Source: an uncultured Candidatus Saccharibacteria bacterium (GTDB lineage: Bacteria > Patescibacteriota > Minisyncoccia > Phycocordibacterales > Zambryskibacteraceae). Taken from it: a stretch of 64,000 nt of DNA. Made by a program: the position numbers and the translations under genes. The notes under the pieces were generated by a model that was given only the letters and a program-made list of their open reading frames with translations, made no database searches and was not told where the DNA came from. The stretch spans positions 5,132 to 69,131 of the forward strand of contig CAZYVS010000001.1 in the NCBI GenBank assembly GCA_964651655.1, read 5' to 3'. Position 1 is the first letter of the stretch. Every line of letters starts with the position of its first letter. Positions 1-10,520 of the stretch are shown here, piece by piece.

Positions 1-157
1 CCTCAATGGTAAAACCGGGTTTGGTATGGAGTTTAGTGAGTTTCCTTACACTTAATCACGGACCATTAGCGCTGGGCTTTTCTTTTTTTAATTTATTACC
101 GCATACGTTATAATTACGCGACCGCATTAAAGTAACGTATAACAATAAAACGCTATT

Positions 158-649
158 TTAGTAAACCTTCAAAAGTTTGAAGATGGGAGCAAGAAATGGG
201 TCAAAATGAGTGCCGTAAATGGTGGCGCCAAACAATCCGCCGGAGACAATGATAAAAAACAGACCTGTGATAACAAGAGGAATTAAGACGAATGGTTTCA
301 GGATAAAATGAAACCAAGTGGTCAAAGCTCGGCTTTGACCACTTTGATCGGAGTTTGGGTCGGTAAATTTGAAAACATAGGCAAAAGCAAGCATGCCGAA
401 TATTAACGCCGTAATAATAATAAAAAGCTTATATCTGTCCACTAGCATGTTTCCTCCCCTCAATTCAGTACTGAATTGGGCAGTGATAACTGTCGCTATT
501 GCTCCAAGTTCTCCAATAACAACAAGTGTCATCTTGATATGAAACCAATACGGCAAGGCTAAAATTTTCCTGATTCGCACAAGTTCAAAAACAACGTAAG
601 TCGTGAGAAAGGCGATAGGATAATGTATGACTAAGGGGTGAAGGTCCAT
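158..649 (-). CDS. DUF2231-like membrane protein
   Basis: N-terminal LHPLVIHYPIA motif and about 4 hydrophobic helices; contains an in-frame palindrome at 316-344. Confidence 0.6.
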   Translation of the reverse strand: MDLHPLVIHYPIAFLTTYVVFELVRIRKILALPYWFHIKMTLVVIGELGAIATVITAQFSTELRGGNMLVDRYKLFIIITALIFGMLAFAYVFKFTDPNSDQSGQSRALTTWFHFILKPFVLIPLVITGLFFIIVSGGLFGATIYGTHFDPFLAPIFKLLKVY

Positions 650-654
650 ATATT

Positions 655-2373
655 TTATTTTCTGATGCTTTCTAATTTTTCATGCTCTGCAAGACTTTGT
701 AAATGTCGAGTTTTTTCACCCTCAAACGCTTCCCTATCAAACCGATGATTGGCTATTAAAGAGGCGGCATGACTGGCGCCTAAGTAGTGAGGCATGATTA
801 CATAAGAAGCCCCCGCATGATAAAGCGCGTGTGTATCCGGAATATTGTGAGAAATTGTAACAAAGATACCTTCAGAGTTACGGCTTCGATAATGTGCGAG
901 CAAAGAAATATTGGTACGAAAATCCGGAATAGTGGACACAACCAGTTTGGCTTCGGAGAGATTTATTTCGTCCAGAAATTCGAGATCTTCCGCATCGCCG
1001 AAGCGGTATGGAACATGTTGCAATCTGGCGCGTTCAATGGCAGAAGGGTCATAATCTACCACCAGATAATTACCGGCGATCTGATTGGCTGTTTTGACGA
1101 AGTCATGCCCCACTCGATCGTAACCGAAAATAATAATCTCAAAATTTTCCCTTACATTATTTTCTGTCTTGCGTAATTTCCTAAACGTAATGAATTTCAG
1201 AACCGGTTTTAAGAAAGCATAAATATTGTCTGCATGTTGGATAAAGTAAGTCGAACCGATAATGGTAATCACCCCAACCAAGGTGACAAGAGAAACCGTC
1301 TCCAAATTAACGTGGCCGAGAGAAAACGCCAGCGCGATGAGAATAAGAGAAAACTCGCTGATTTGCGCCACCGTCAACCCGACCATGAAGGCGGTGCGGG
1401 TCCGATATCCAATGAGATTCATCAAAATAATTACAATCAAAGGATTACCAATCAAAACAAAGACGCTTAAGATTATGGCTGCGCCAAGGAGATTTGAAAA
1501 TTGGCCAAAAAGAATTTGTGAACCGAGTAAAACAAAGAAAAGCATAATAAAGAAATCTCGAAGCGGTTTCATCTTGGCGGCAATCTCGTAAGCGAAGGGA
1601 GAAGCCGCCAGAGTGATACCGGCCAGCAGCGCGCCAATTTCAACGGAAAAGCCTATGGTATAAAAAAGGGCCGACATACCCAATCCCCAAGCCAAAGAGA
1701 AAATAAACAGCACTTCCTGCGAACCGGCCACGAATCGGGAAAGGCCCGGTAAAACATATTTGCTGACAAGATAAAGAAAGACCGCCGCCAGCGCTCCCTT
1801 GCCCAAGAGCGTCGTTATTTCCATGAAAGCAAAGCGAGAAGGATCGCCTGTCGAGAGAGCGGCCGTGGCGCCCACAACCGTGATCATAAGGAGGAAAATG
1901 ACAGCCACAATGTCCTGGACAAGAAGAAGGCCGATGGATATCTTGCCATAAAGTTTGCCGAGGTCTCCCCTATCCGAAAGCAATTTAAGAACGATAATGG
2001 TGCTGGAAAAAGTAAGCGCGATGGCGATATAGATCGCCGAAAGTGTGTTAAAACCTAAAAATCGAACTAAGAAATAGCCAATGACGGAAGTGAAAATAAC
2101 TTGCCCGACTCCGGTAATAAAGGAGGGCTTTCCCACTTCTCGCATGACGTCTGGATTCAGAGTCAGTCCGACTATAAAGAGAAGCAGAGCAATGCCTATT
2201 TTAGAAAAAAATTCTATTTCTTCGCGAGAATAAAGAATATTTAACACGTATGGCCCCACAATAACGCCGGTAACGATATAACCGACAATCAGAGGCTGTT
2301 TAAAAAACTTTGTCACTAATGAAACAAGAGTGGCAATGATGATTATCAAAGAAATTTCGATAAAAATTACCAT
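655..2373 (-). CDS. Kef-type (CPA2) K+/H+ antiporter with C-terminal TrkA-N/RCK domain
   Basis: Many TM helices, FSSTIIV and QISEFS motifs, C-terminal GYDRVG/GDAED RCK domain. Confidence 0.9.
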   Translation of the reverse strand: MVIFIEISLIIIIATLVSLVTKFFKQPLIVGYIVTGVIVGPYVLNILYSREEIEFFSKIGIALLLFIVGLTLNPDVMREVGKPSFITGVGQVIFTSVIGYFLVRFLGFNTLSAIYIAIALTFSSTIIVLKLLSDRGDLGKLYGKISIGLLLVQDIVAVIFLLMITVVGATAALSTGDPSRFAFMEITTLLGKGALAAVFLYLVSKYVLPGLSRFVAGSQEVLFIFSLAWGLGMSALFYTIGFSVEIGALLAGITLAASPFAYEIAAKMKPLRDFFIMLFFVLLGSQILFGQFSNLLGAAIILSVFVLIGNPLIVIILMNLIGYRTRTAFMVGLTVAQISEFSLILIALAFSLGHVNLETVSLVTLVGVITIIGSTYFIQHADNIYAFLKPVLKFITFRKLRKTENNVRENFEIIIFGYDRVGHDFVKTANQIAGNYLVVDYDPSAIERARLQHVPYRFGDAEDLEFLDEINLSEAKLVVSTIPDFRTNISLLAHYRSRNSEGIFVTISHNIPDTHALYHAGASYVIMPHYLGASHAASLIANHRFDREAFEGEKTRHLQSLAEHEKLESIRK

Positions 2374-4019
2374 TTCTTTTTCTTTATTACGACTTTAATA
2401 AAGGCGGTGAAGAGCGGATGCGGCGCCAGCGGTCGGGCCTTGAATTCCGGATGAAACTGTGTTGAAAGAAAGAAAGGATGAATATCTTTTGGTAATTCGG
2501 CTATTTCACAAAGACGCCCGTCCGGAGACAAACCGGAGAAAATCATCCCCGCTTTCTCAAGTCTTTCAACATAATTTGGATTAATTTCAAAGCGGTGCCT
2601 GTGCCTTTCGGAAATCTCGCGCCTCCCATAGGCTTCATAGGCAAGCGTTTTGAGCTTGAGCACTGCGGGATATGCGCCGAGACGCATGGTGCCGCCAAGT
2701 TTGCCGTCTTTTATTTTATTTTTTTGGTCCTCCATCACGTTGATAACGGGACAGGAAGTATTTTTATCTACTTCAGTGGTATGAGCGCCCTTAAGACCGG
2801 CGACCGAACGCGAATATTCAATCACTGCCAATTGCATACCATAACAAAGCCCGAGATACGGAATTTTATTTTCTCTGGCAAATTTAATGGTGCTGATAAT
2901 CCCTTCCACCCCATTGGCGCCAAAGCCGCCGGGCACTATCACTCCGTCAAATTTTTTAAGTTCGTTGATTTTGCGCTTACCTGTTTCGTATTCTTTGGCA
3001 TTGATCCATGTCAATTCAGGTTTAACATTTTGCCAATAGGCGGAAAATTTAACCGCCTCAATAACTGAAACGTAGGCATCGGAAAGCATAAAATCTCCGG
3101 TATCAAAATATTTACCTATCACTGCTATTTTGATTTTTTTCTTGGCAGATTCAGTTTTTGAGACAAATTTTTTCCAAGCAATCAAATCTTTTTTGCGCGG
3201 CCGCAAGTTAAAGTGGCTCAAAATTCTCTCACTCAAACCGTCACGTTCGAAGTTAATGGGCACGTCATAGATGCTTTCAATATCCGGAGCGGCAATAATA
3301 TCTTCGCTCAAGACTCCCGAAGCCAGGGCAATTTTTTCCTTTCGTTTCTGGTCAATGGAAACTTCTGACCGCGCGATAATCATATCTGGCTGAATACCGT
3401 ACGAATTAAGCTGGCGAATGGCGTTCTGGGTCAGTTTGGTTTTCATTTCACCGAGTTTGCCGGGAACCGGCAGATAAGAAACCATCACAAACATCACATT
3501 CTTAGGTTCACGAATTTTTAAAAGACGCGCCGCTTCCAAAAAAATCGAGTTTTGATACTCGCCCACCGTACCGCCTATCTCAACCACAGTAATATCGGCC
3601 TTGGTGTTTTTAACCGAGTGATGAAGACGGTTGAGAATTTCTTCGGTTACATGATAAACCGGCTCAACGCACTTGCCGTCGTAGCCTAGGGCGCGTTCTT
3701 TATCAATAACGTGTTTGAGTATCATACCGTTAGTAAGATAGTTATCCCCCGGCATGTCAGTATTAAGAAAGCGTTCATAATTACCCATGTCTTGATCTGT
3801 TTCTAAACCGGAGTCCAAGACAAAGACTTCTCCGTGTTCAACAGGGTTCATGGTGCCGGCATCGACATTTAAATAAGGGTCAGCTTTGATAAGACTGACC
3901 TTGAAACCTTTTGATTGAAGAATGACTCCGATAGAAGAGGTCGCGATACCCTTGCCGACTCCCGACATTACTCCTCCCACGACAAAGATATATTTATGTT
4001 CTCTCTTCCGTGTGTTCAT
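2367..4019 (-). CDS. pyrG: CTP synthase
   Basis: GGVMSGVGKG, DPYLNVDAGTMNP, GLCYGMQ, ERHRHRFE, QFHPEF motifs. Confidence 0.98.
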   Translation of the reverse strand: MNTRKREHKYIFVVGGVMSGVGKGIATSSIGVILQSKGFKVSLIKADPYLNVDAGTMNPVEHGEVFVLDSGLETDQDMGNYERFLNTDMPGDNYLTNGMILKHVIDKERALGYDGKCVEPVYHVTEEILNRLHHSVKNTKADITVVEIGGTVGEYQNSIFLEAARLLKIREPKNVMFVMVSYLPVPGKLGEMKTKLTQNAIRQLNSYGIQPDMIIARSEVSIDQKRKEKIALASGVLSEDIIAAPDIESIYDVPINFERDGLSERILSHFNLRPRKKDLIAWKKFVSKTESAKKKIKIAVIGKYFDTGDFMLSDAYVSVIEAVKFSAYWQNVKPELTWINAKEYETGKRKINELKKFDGVIVPGGFGANGVEGIISTIKFARENKIPYLGLCYGMQLAVIEYSRSVAGLKGAHTTEVDKNTSCPVINVMEDQKNKIKDGKLGGTMRLGAYPAVLKLKTLAYEAYGRREISERHRHRFEINPNYVERLEKAGMIFSGLSPDGRLCEIAELPKDIHPFFLSTQFHPEFKARPLAPHPLFTAFIKVVIKKKKW

Positions 4020-4079
4020 TGTTTTTATTATAACGGAAATATTGAAAAGCCTCCAACTTTCCTATATTGTGTAGTGCAT

Positions 4080-4150
4080 TGCCGGCTCGTCTAATGGTAG
4101 GACACATCCCTCTGGAGGATGTTATCGGGGTCCGAGTCCCTGGCCGGCAG
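4080..4150 (+). tRNA. tRNA-Gln(CTG)
   Basis: Acceptor TGCCGGC/GCCGGCA, anticodon arm CATCC-CTCTGGA-GGATG, T-loop GTCCGAG; CCA not encoded. Confidence 0.92.
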
Positions 4151-4166
4151 CCGGTAAAATAAATTT

Positions 4167-4631
4167 ATGACATCATACAAACACACCCAAATTGGGTATC
4201 TGATGCTCACAGTCTTACTAGCCGTACTGGTTTTTTTCGCATGGCTTCAAATTACAGCGAGGGCTGAACCCCCTTCGTACTACTCCGGCACGAATTTTGC
4301 CATTACTGCTATAATGGTATTAATCCTGTTTATCCTTGCATCGTTTGTTACGCTCTCAGTGTCGATTGATGAAAATTATCTTCGAATCAAATTTGGTTAT
4401 GGCATTTTTCGCAAACACTTTTTAATCAGTGAGATTGCCTCTGTCGAACAAGTAAAAAATCACTGGTACTACGGTTGGGGTATACGCGTGTGGTTCTGGC
4501 CATACATGTGGATTTATAATGTTTCCGGTTTTGACGCCGTTGAACTGGTTATGAAAAACGGAAGAGTGTATCGTATTGGAACAAATGTTCCCGGGGAATT
4601 GGAGGCCGCAATCAAGACTGCGTTAAAATAA
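4167..4631 (+). CDS. membrane protein, two TM helices plus PH-like C-terminal domain
   Basis: Hydrophobic N-terminus; WYYGWGIR...YNVSG...IGT pattern. Confidence 0.65.
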   Translation: MTSYKHTQIGYLMLTVLLAVLVFFAWLQITARAEPPSYYSGTNFAITAIMVLILFILASFVTLSVSIDENYLRIKFGYGIFRKHFLISEIASVEQVKNHWYYGWGIRVWFWPYMWIYNVSGFDAVELVMKNGRVYRIGTNVPGELEAAIKTALK

Positions 4632-4643
4632 CAATAACCAAAA

Positions 4644-4680
4644 AGGGACATCGGGTGTCTTTTACACCCGATGTCCCCTT
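4644..4680. terminator. palindromic hairpin between convergent genes (terminator or REP-like)
   Basis: GGGACATCGGGTGT-cttt-ACACCCGATGTCCC inverted repeat. Confidence 0.6.
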
Positions 4681-4689
4681 GTAAGCCAA

Positions 4690-5202
4690 TTACTGAAGGC
4701 GCGGTAACAGAGAGTCTTCCTCATTATAGATGAGCTCGTCGCAGAAGAGGGATACGCCCCCTCTGTTAAAATTCCTCTTCCCGATATCAATCCTGATACC
4801 CCCATAATGTTGTGCGAGCATGAGAAACTCATCTATATCGTCCTTTCTGGAACTTGCCTCCGCAAGCATTCCAACCTCCACCCCACCTTCCAACCCTCTG
4901 ATTCTTGAAAGAGGCGGATAAAGGTTGAGTAGAAATCTTCTGTCGGTTTCGAGGTAAAAATAAATCTCTACCTCGACTATTCCGCGTGTTTCGTCAAAAA
5001 ACACATAGGGCGATTGGCCGAGCTCCCTCATTCTCCAGCACATAATCAACACTGGAGGAAGTTGGGGTAAGGGATATTCGATATCTATCACAGGAACAAC
5101 CTCTGTCGCCTCTTTTACGTGGCGCAAAAAGATTTTGTTGGCCTGACCCTCAAACCAAACCAGCGTTTTGCCGTCATTATCAAGAAAGCGAAACATAGAC
5201 AC
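4690..5202 (-). CDS. hypothetical (orphan) protein
   Basis: 170-aa ORF with G-rich SD-like sequence upstream; no motif recognised. Confidence 0.5.
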   Translation of the reverse strand: MSMFRFLDNDGKTLVWFEGQANKIFLRHVKEATEVVPVIDIEYPLPQLPPVLIMCWRMRELGQSPYVFFDETRGIVEVEIYFYLETDRRFLLNLYPPLSRIRGLEGGVEVGMLAEASSRKDDIDEFLMLAQHYGGIRIDIGKRNFNRGGVSLFCDELIYNEEDSLLPRLQ

Positions 5203-5296
5203 CCCCTTGTTTAATTACCAACAATACCAGTGTTATTTCTATCTTAATACACCCTCTCATAATAATAAGTAAATTTCAAGAGAAATAAAAATATGT

Positions 5297-6793
5297 TCAA
5301 GTTCCCCTCTGTTCCGGTTGGCCGCCGCGCAGTTCGGCATATTTTTGTTTATATTGTGCTATCGTCTTCTCCACTTCTTCGTTAGGGATTTCTACTCGCA
5401 ATAAATCTATAGCATTAATAGTGTCATAAATATCAAGCTTGTTTTCCAATTTATACATGGCATCGCGCCAGAGTATGGCCTTTTCGTATTCACCTCGCCT
5501 AGCCGCTTCATGTTCAAGTTTTTTCATCATATCAATAAATGCGTCATACACACCTTGTTCTGCCCCGCCGCGGCCAATGGTGCGATCTTTGAACGGGATA
5601 CGCAGAATTGAGTGCTGCTCTTGCATCATGGTTCGGATACGTCCGGTGCGTTGCCAATTAAAGGCGGTTGATATTATTTTTTCATAAAGTTCGCGCGCTT
5701 CGTCAATAGTTTTTTCCGGCACATTGGGCACCATACGAATAGTTTCAAGAAGGCGGTAGGCCCCGTCCTCAATCATTTCCACGCTCCACCAAGGTTTGGC
5801 CGAGGCCCACCAGAAATGATCACTGGCTGTCGCGATGTCCATTTTCTTTTTTACTTCGGGGAAAATGATGTCGTTCTTATCCATCGCCTCCACTTCTCGG
5901 CGAACCAGATGAAAAAGTTTCCACTGCCATTTATGAATTTTATTTTCCGGATCATTCCAAGAAAGAAATTGGATACCGAGATCAATATCGTTTTTGCTTG
6001 AGGCCCAGGTGGAAGCGATGGGAAGAAGTTCCTCTATTTCGCGCTTATCTTCCAAAAGGTCGGAAATTTTAACTAAATTAAAATCTGTCGTATCAAGAAT
6101 ATTAAAAAGCATTTTTTCGAGTCCGGGTCTATGGTGCCCAAACGTCTCGCCGTCCATAGCGGTGATAATGTAGTGTAAACTCCCGGGCTCATTCTTCATC
6201 GCTTGATGGAGAGTTTCTTTGGAACGCACAACGGCGCTCATGATAAGATTGCTCAATCGCCGTTCACGGAAAAATACCAGAAGTTTTGAATCCTTAATTT
6301 TATAAATTTTCGTATAATTCACTCGGCCGGCTTCGCCCTTGGCGGCTATTTCATCAATAATAATCCATTCAAAGCCAAGCGATTCAATAATGGGAGTCAG
6401 GCGGTTGTCCCAGGCCATTTCGGGAGGAAAAAATCCGCGCGGGTGATACGCTTTGCCCCCGAGATAAAATAAACAAGCGCTATTATTAGTTTCAATCTGG
6501 CGACGGATATCTTCTTCTTCAAGCAACGGTAAAAAAGCGTGATACTTCGCGCTGCCGGTGAATTCAATTTTTCCTTCTTCGCCTCCTTTTTTGAGCATAC
6601 TTAAAAGGTCGTGATGCCGGTATTTATCAAACAGTTCCAGAAGCGCGCCATTGATATTTAAAGTGACGCGAGTCTTGGGAGATTCTGTCAGATGTGTCAG
6701 AATCGGCCGGTAACTCTGGACGACGATAGATTCAAGTATATCGGGTTGCTGATCAGCCGGTTGGTATATGTGTAAAAAATTGGCCCATTTCAT
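5297..6793 (-). CDS. glycoside hydrolase family 57 (amylopullulanase/branching-type)
   Basis: HIYQP, PPEMAW, DGETFGHH, ASDHFWW motifs; next to glgA. Confidence 0.9.
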   Translation of the reverse strand: MKWANFLHIYQPADQQPDILESIVVQSYRPILTHLTESPKTRVTLNINGALLELFDKYRHHDLLSMLKKGGEEGKIEFTGSAKYHAFLPLLEEEDIRRQIETNNSACLFYLGGKAYHPRGFFPPEMAWDNRLTPIIESLGFEWIIIDEIAAKGEAGRVNYTKIYKIKDSKLLVFFRERRLSNLIMSAVVRSKETLHQAMKNEPGSLHYIITAMDGETFGHHRPGLEKMLFNILDTTDFNLVKISDLLEDKREIEELLPIASTWASSKNDIDLGIQFLSWNDPENKIHKWQWKLFHLVRREVEAMDKNDIIFPEVKKKMDIATASDHFWWASAKPWWSVEMIEDGAYRLLETIRMVPNVPEKTIDEARELYEKIISTAFNWQRTGRIRTMMQEQHSILRIPFKDRTIGRGGAEQGVYDAFIDMMKKLEHEAARRGEYEKAILWRDAMYKLENKLDIYDTINAIDLLRVEIPNEEVEKTIAQYKQKYAELRGGQPEQRGT

Positions 6794-6804
6794 CAAAATT
6801 TAAA

Positions 6805-8322
6805 TTAATACCGATTATGAATTTCAACGGCTCGTTGGAAAAGAGCGATATATTTTTTAGCCGAACTTATCCACGAAAAATCCGCTGCCATGGCTCGTTT
6901 TTGAAGCGCCCGCCAGTCTTTCTTGTCGCGGAAATTTTCAAAAGCGCGAACGAAAGAAATCATAAGCGATGAAGAGTCAAACCGTTCAAAAGTGAAGCCG
7001 GTACCGGTTTCTTTGTTGGGATTATAATCTTCAACGCTGTCGGCCAAACCGCCGGTTTTTCTGACAATCGGTATAGCGCCCATTCTCATTGCTTCCATCT
7101 GGACAAGTCCGCATGGTTCAAATTGCGACGGTACTAGTACCGCGTCAACCCCCGCAAAAACCAAATGAGGCAAGACATTATCAAACTTCAAGTGTGTTGC
7201 CACTTTTTCGGGATATTTGCTTTCAAGGTCATGAAAGAAACCCATAAACTCCCCCTCTCCCACCACGATAAGTTGTATCGGAAGTTCATTTAAAAGTGTT
7301 TCCATCACGTGAAGCAGTAGGTCCAGACCTTTTTGTTTAGTCAGACGACCGACGATACTTACAATAAACGCATTCTTGTCAATCGGCAGTCTAAAGCGTT
7401 CCTGCAGAGCGGTTCTATTTTTGCACCGCAGGTCAAGATGTTTGGAATCATAAGTCGATTCTATATTTGCATCGATTTCCGGATTCCAAAGGTCATAATC
7501 AATGCCATTCAGTATCCCGGACAAAACCGCGCGGCGTTCGCGCAAAAGATCGTCGAGAAGCTCGCCGTATTCTTCGGTCATAATTTCTTTGGCGTAGGTT
7601 GGCGACACGGTATTAATGACATCGGAATAAATAATTCCCCGGCGCATGCCATTTAAATGTTCAAGCCGAGGAGAATTAAACCCGGGTATGGACGAATGTC
7701 CGTCGTCAAAATCCATTTCCGAAACAAATTTATGGTCAAACATCGCCTGGAAATACAAATTATGAATGGTTAAAACGGAAGCGATTTTGGAAAGTACCGG
7801 ATCGTTTTTGTAAACGGTCTTGAGAAAATTGGCAACCAGTCCCGTCTGCCAATCGGAAGAAACGACAACATCCGGGGTCCAATTGGAATGCAATCGGACA
7901 AACTCTAGAGCACCCCGGCAAAGAAGAGCCCAGCGAACCGCGTCATCGGCGTAACCGTAAACATTGGCCCTTTGTTCGTAATATTCTTGATTTTCCAAAA
8001 AATAAGTGGTAACCGGGTCAGTATCTTTCTTCTTGGGATCATAACGCTTGACATTGCAAACAAGATGAGCCGGCTCGTTTTCATTTCCTGTCGGCACTTC
8101 AAGCCCCTTGAAATCAAGCTTTAATTTATATATGTTTTCGTCCACCGAAAGATACTTGGGAATTATTACTCGAGCGTCATGTCCCAGTTCGCGAAGAGCG
8201 CGCGGCAGAGAATAAATGACCGAACCGAGACCCCCCACTTTAACAAAAGGCGCCGCTTCGGTGGCAACAAAGAGGATTTTGAGACTTTTCTTGGTCTGGA
8301 AAATTCCCATTACACTTTTCAT
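6805..8322 (-). CDS. glgA: glycogen/starch synthase (GT5)
   Basis: KVGGLG, TIHN, PSQFEPCGLVQMEAM, RKTGGLADSV. Confidence 0.95.
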   Translation of the reverse strand: MKSVMGIFQTKKSLKILFVATEAAPFVKVGGLGSVIYSLPRALRELGHDARVIIPKYLSVDENIYKLKLDFKGLEVPTGNENEPAHLVCNVKRYDPKKKDTDPVTTYFLENQEYYEQRANVYGYADDAVRWALLCRGALEFVRLHSNWTPDVVVSSDWQTGLVANFLKTVYKNDPVLSKIASVLTIHNLYFQAMFDHKFVSEMDFDDGHSSIPGFNSPRLEHLNGMRRGIIYSDVINTVSPTYAKEIMTEEYGELLDDLLRERRAVLSGILNGIDYDLWNPEIDANIESTYDSKHLDLRCKNRTALQERFRLPIDKNAFIVSIVGRLTKQKGLDLLLHVMETLLNELPIQLIVVGEGEFMGFFHDLESKYPEKVATHLKFDNVLPHLVFAGVDAVLVPSQFEPCGLVQMEAMRMGAIPIVRKTGGLADSVEDYNPNKETGTGFTFERFDSSSLMISFVRAFENFRDKKDWRALQKRAMAADFSWISSAKKYIALFQRAVEIHNRY

Positions 8323-8337
8323 CGTATCACATGTTTA

Positions 8338-9993
8338 CTAAAGCACCAAGTAAGATTTCTTGAGATAATCATGAAGCATTCTCCCAGCGGTAAAGCTCGA
8401 TGCCACAATTTTTTGCGTGGCGCGCATTCGTTTGACCCACTCCGACGGCAACCCTTCAGTTCCTCTTTTATAAAAAAGAGGAATAATTTCTTTTTCAACG
8501 GTATCATAGATGGCCGTGGCTGTATCATCTCCGGGTAAAATAAAGCCGATATTCGACCAATTGACTTCATCTATCCAACCATCGGAAGTGCTGACTTGAA
8601 TCGCCCCATTTAAACCCGCTTTCATGCCGCTCGTCCCGCAAGCTTCAAAGCCCCTCTCCGGAGTGTTAAGCCAGACATCCGCTCCCAGCACCAATTCTTT
8701 GGCCACGGTTGTTGAATAATCTTCAAGATAAACGATTTTATTGTTAAAAACGGGATTTTTGATGATAGTTTTTATTTTTTCAATTGTTTTTAGCCCGGCT
8801 GTATCAGATTCATGCGCTTGACCGGAAATAATAAATTGCGCTTTGGAGTGACCGAAGCAGATTCGCTCCAAGCGAGCCAAGTCTGAGAAAAGCAATTCGG
8901 GACGCTTGTATCGAGCAAAGCGCCGGGACCATACTATAGTGCAAGCGTCCGCGTCAAGCGTCACTCCGGTCTTGGCGGCCACAAAATTTACCAGCCCTTC
9001 TCGTAAATCTCTTTTGATTTGCCAAATGGTTTCATCGGTCAATTGAGTTTTATCTTTGAGATTGATACGCCAAGCATCTGCCTGCCAACGCTTAACAAAC
9101 ACTCCATTGGTAATGGGAAAAAGGATGCTGTCCGGATGAGCCAGTTTCTCAAAGACCGTGTGTAAAATACTGACGCCATTTTGTCTTTGGGCGCAGTTCA
9201 ATAAAAACTGAGTCGTCGAAAAAATTTTTGCGATATTTTTATTTTCTCCAAGTTTGAAAATATCGTTAGCGGAAATGCCGTTCGCTTGACAATACGGTCC
9301 GACCAGCGCTCCGAATTTTTCTTCGCTCACGCTTAATCCCGACAAAGAAAAAATGGTGTGTTTGGTCGCCGCAATTTTTTCCTTGATAGAAGCGACGGCC
9401 GTCTTGATATCTTTCGTTTTATTGGCCGTTATTTTTTGCATTAGAAGTTCAAAAGCGGCAAAAGCGGTATGACCTTCGTTTAGATGATAAGCGCTTGGCG
9501 TTATACCGAGTTTGGAAAGAATTCTGACTCCTCCTATGCCCAACAATATTTCCTGTTTGGTTTGAATATTCGGATTTGAATCGTAAAGACGATTGGTAAT
9601 AGCTTTATTTTCCGGCGAATTTTCTGAAATATCCGTATCCAAAAGCAAAAGATACGCGCTTTTGCCGAAGCGGCGCGCCCAAACGCGCGCCCTGACAGTT
9701 TCCTCCCCATACGGCGCATCCGTTAAAACAGGCTTGCCGGCCCTTTCAATCACTGAAAAATCTTTTATACATTCGGTAGCCATTGAACCTTTATACTTGA
9801 GCCCAATAGCCACGAAAGGCAAACCTTCGTCAGCCGCTTCAAGAACAAAATCACCCGCCAGGACGCCCAGTCCGCCGGCATACATGGAAGAATCTTCGCC
9901 CAAGGCATATTCGGCGCAAAAAAACACCACCGGAGCGTTTTCCAAACGTTTGTACTCCGGCGCGGAGTTAAAAGTGATTGTTTTTACATCCAT
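8338..9993 (-). CDS. glgP: alpha-glucan (glycogen) phosphorylase, short form
   Basis: YAGGLGVLAGD, HLNEGH, RRFARYKR, EACGTSGMKAGLNG (PLP lysine). Confidence 0.92.
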   Translation of the reverse strand: MDVKTITFNSAPEYKRLENAPVVFFCAEYALGEDSSMYAGGLGVLAGDFVLEAADEGLPFVAIGLKYKGSMATECIKDFSVIERAGKPVLTDAPYGEETVRARVWARRFGKSAYLLLLDTDISENSPENKAITNRLYDSNPNIQTKQEILLGIGGVRILSKLGITPSAYHLNEGHTAFAAFELLMQKITANKTKDIKTAVASIKEKIAATKHTIFSLSGLSVSEEKFGALVGPYCQANGISANDIFKLGENKNIAKIFSTTQFLLNCAQRQNGVSILHTVFEKLAHPDSILFPITNGVFVKRWQADAWRINLKDKTQLTDETIWQIKRDLREGLVNFVAAKTGVTLDADACTIVWSRRFARYKRPELLFSDLARLERICFGHSKAQFIISGQAHESDTAGLKTIEKIKTIIKNPVFNNKIVYLEDYSTTVAKELVLGADVWLNTPERGFEACGTSGMKAGLNGAIQVSTSDGWIDEVNWSNIGFILPGDDTATAIYDTVEKEIIPLFYKRGTEGLPSEWVKRMRATQKIVASSFTAGRMLHDYLKKSYLVL

Positions 9994-10011
9994 CTTTGAG
10001 GATGGCGCGAA

Positions 10012-10482
10012 TCAGCGGACAATAAGACTTCCAACCATGCCCAGGGCGCGATGATTACCAATAGAACAGTAATACTCAAAAGTGCCAACTTTGTCTGCCA
10101 CAAAGGAAATCGTCTGTGTTTCTCCGACATTAAGCGTCCGAGTAGAAGCGTTAAATTCATCTATCTTCAAATTGTGCGTGCCCTTTGTATTCTTGACCGT
10201 AAGCTTGACAGTATCACCTCGGTTGACTGTGATAGTCGAGGGCGTAAAAGAGAAAGACGCGGCATCAATGCTGAATTCTTTAACATTATTGACGGCGCTT
10301 TCCTCCGTTACTTCTTCCACCACCTTCTCCGTGACCGGAGTTCCTCCTATCCCGCTTGTCGGGACCGGCATATTGTTATTGATCTCCGTCTCGGTCGGCG
10401 CTACCCCCTTGCTTTTAAACAAGAAAAAACCGCCCAGCACCAAAACGATGATAATAATAACTGTCACTAATGTGTTGTTCAT
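10012..10482 (-). CDS. membrane-anchored cupredoxin-domain protein
   Basis: N-terminal TM helix; HN...YYCSIGNHRALGM type-1 copper ligands. Confidence 0.85.
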   Translation of the reverse strand: MNNTLVTVIIIIVLVLGGFFLFKSKGVAPTETEINNNMPVPTSGIGGTPVTEKVVEEVTEESAVNNVKEFSIDAASFSFTPSTITVNRGDTVKLTVKNTKGTHNLKIDEFNASTRTLNVGETQTISFVADKVGTFEYYCSIGNHRALGMVGSLIVR

Positions 10483-10520
10483 ATTGTTTAAAATTATGAT
10501 TTTATGTTTTATGCCGTTAA

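Noticed and set aside
1-60. GFTIE prepilin-like motif on - strand at the window edge
   Set aside because: An in-frame TGA lies just upstream with no start codon in between; cannot support a gene
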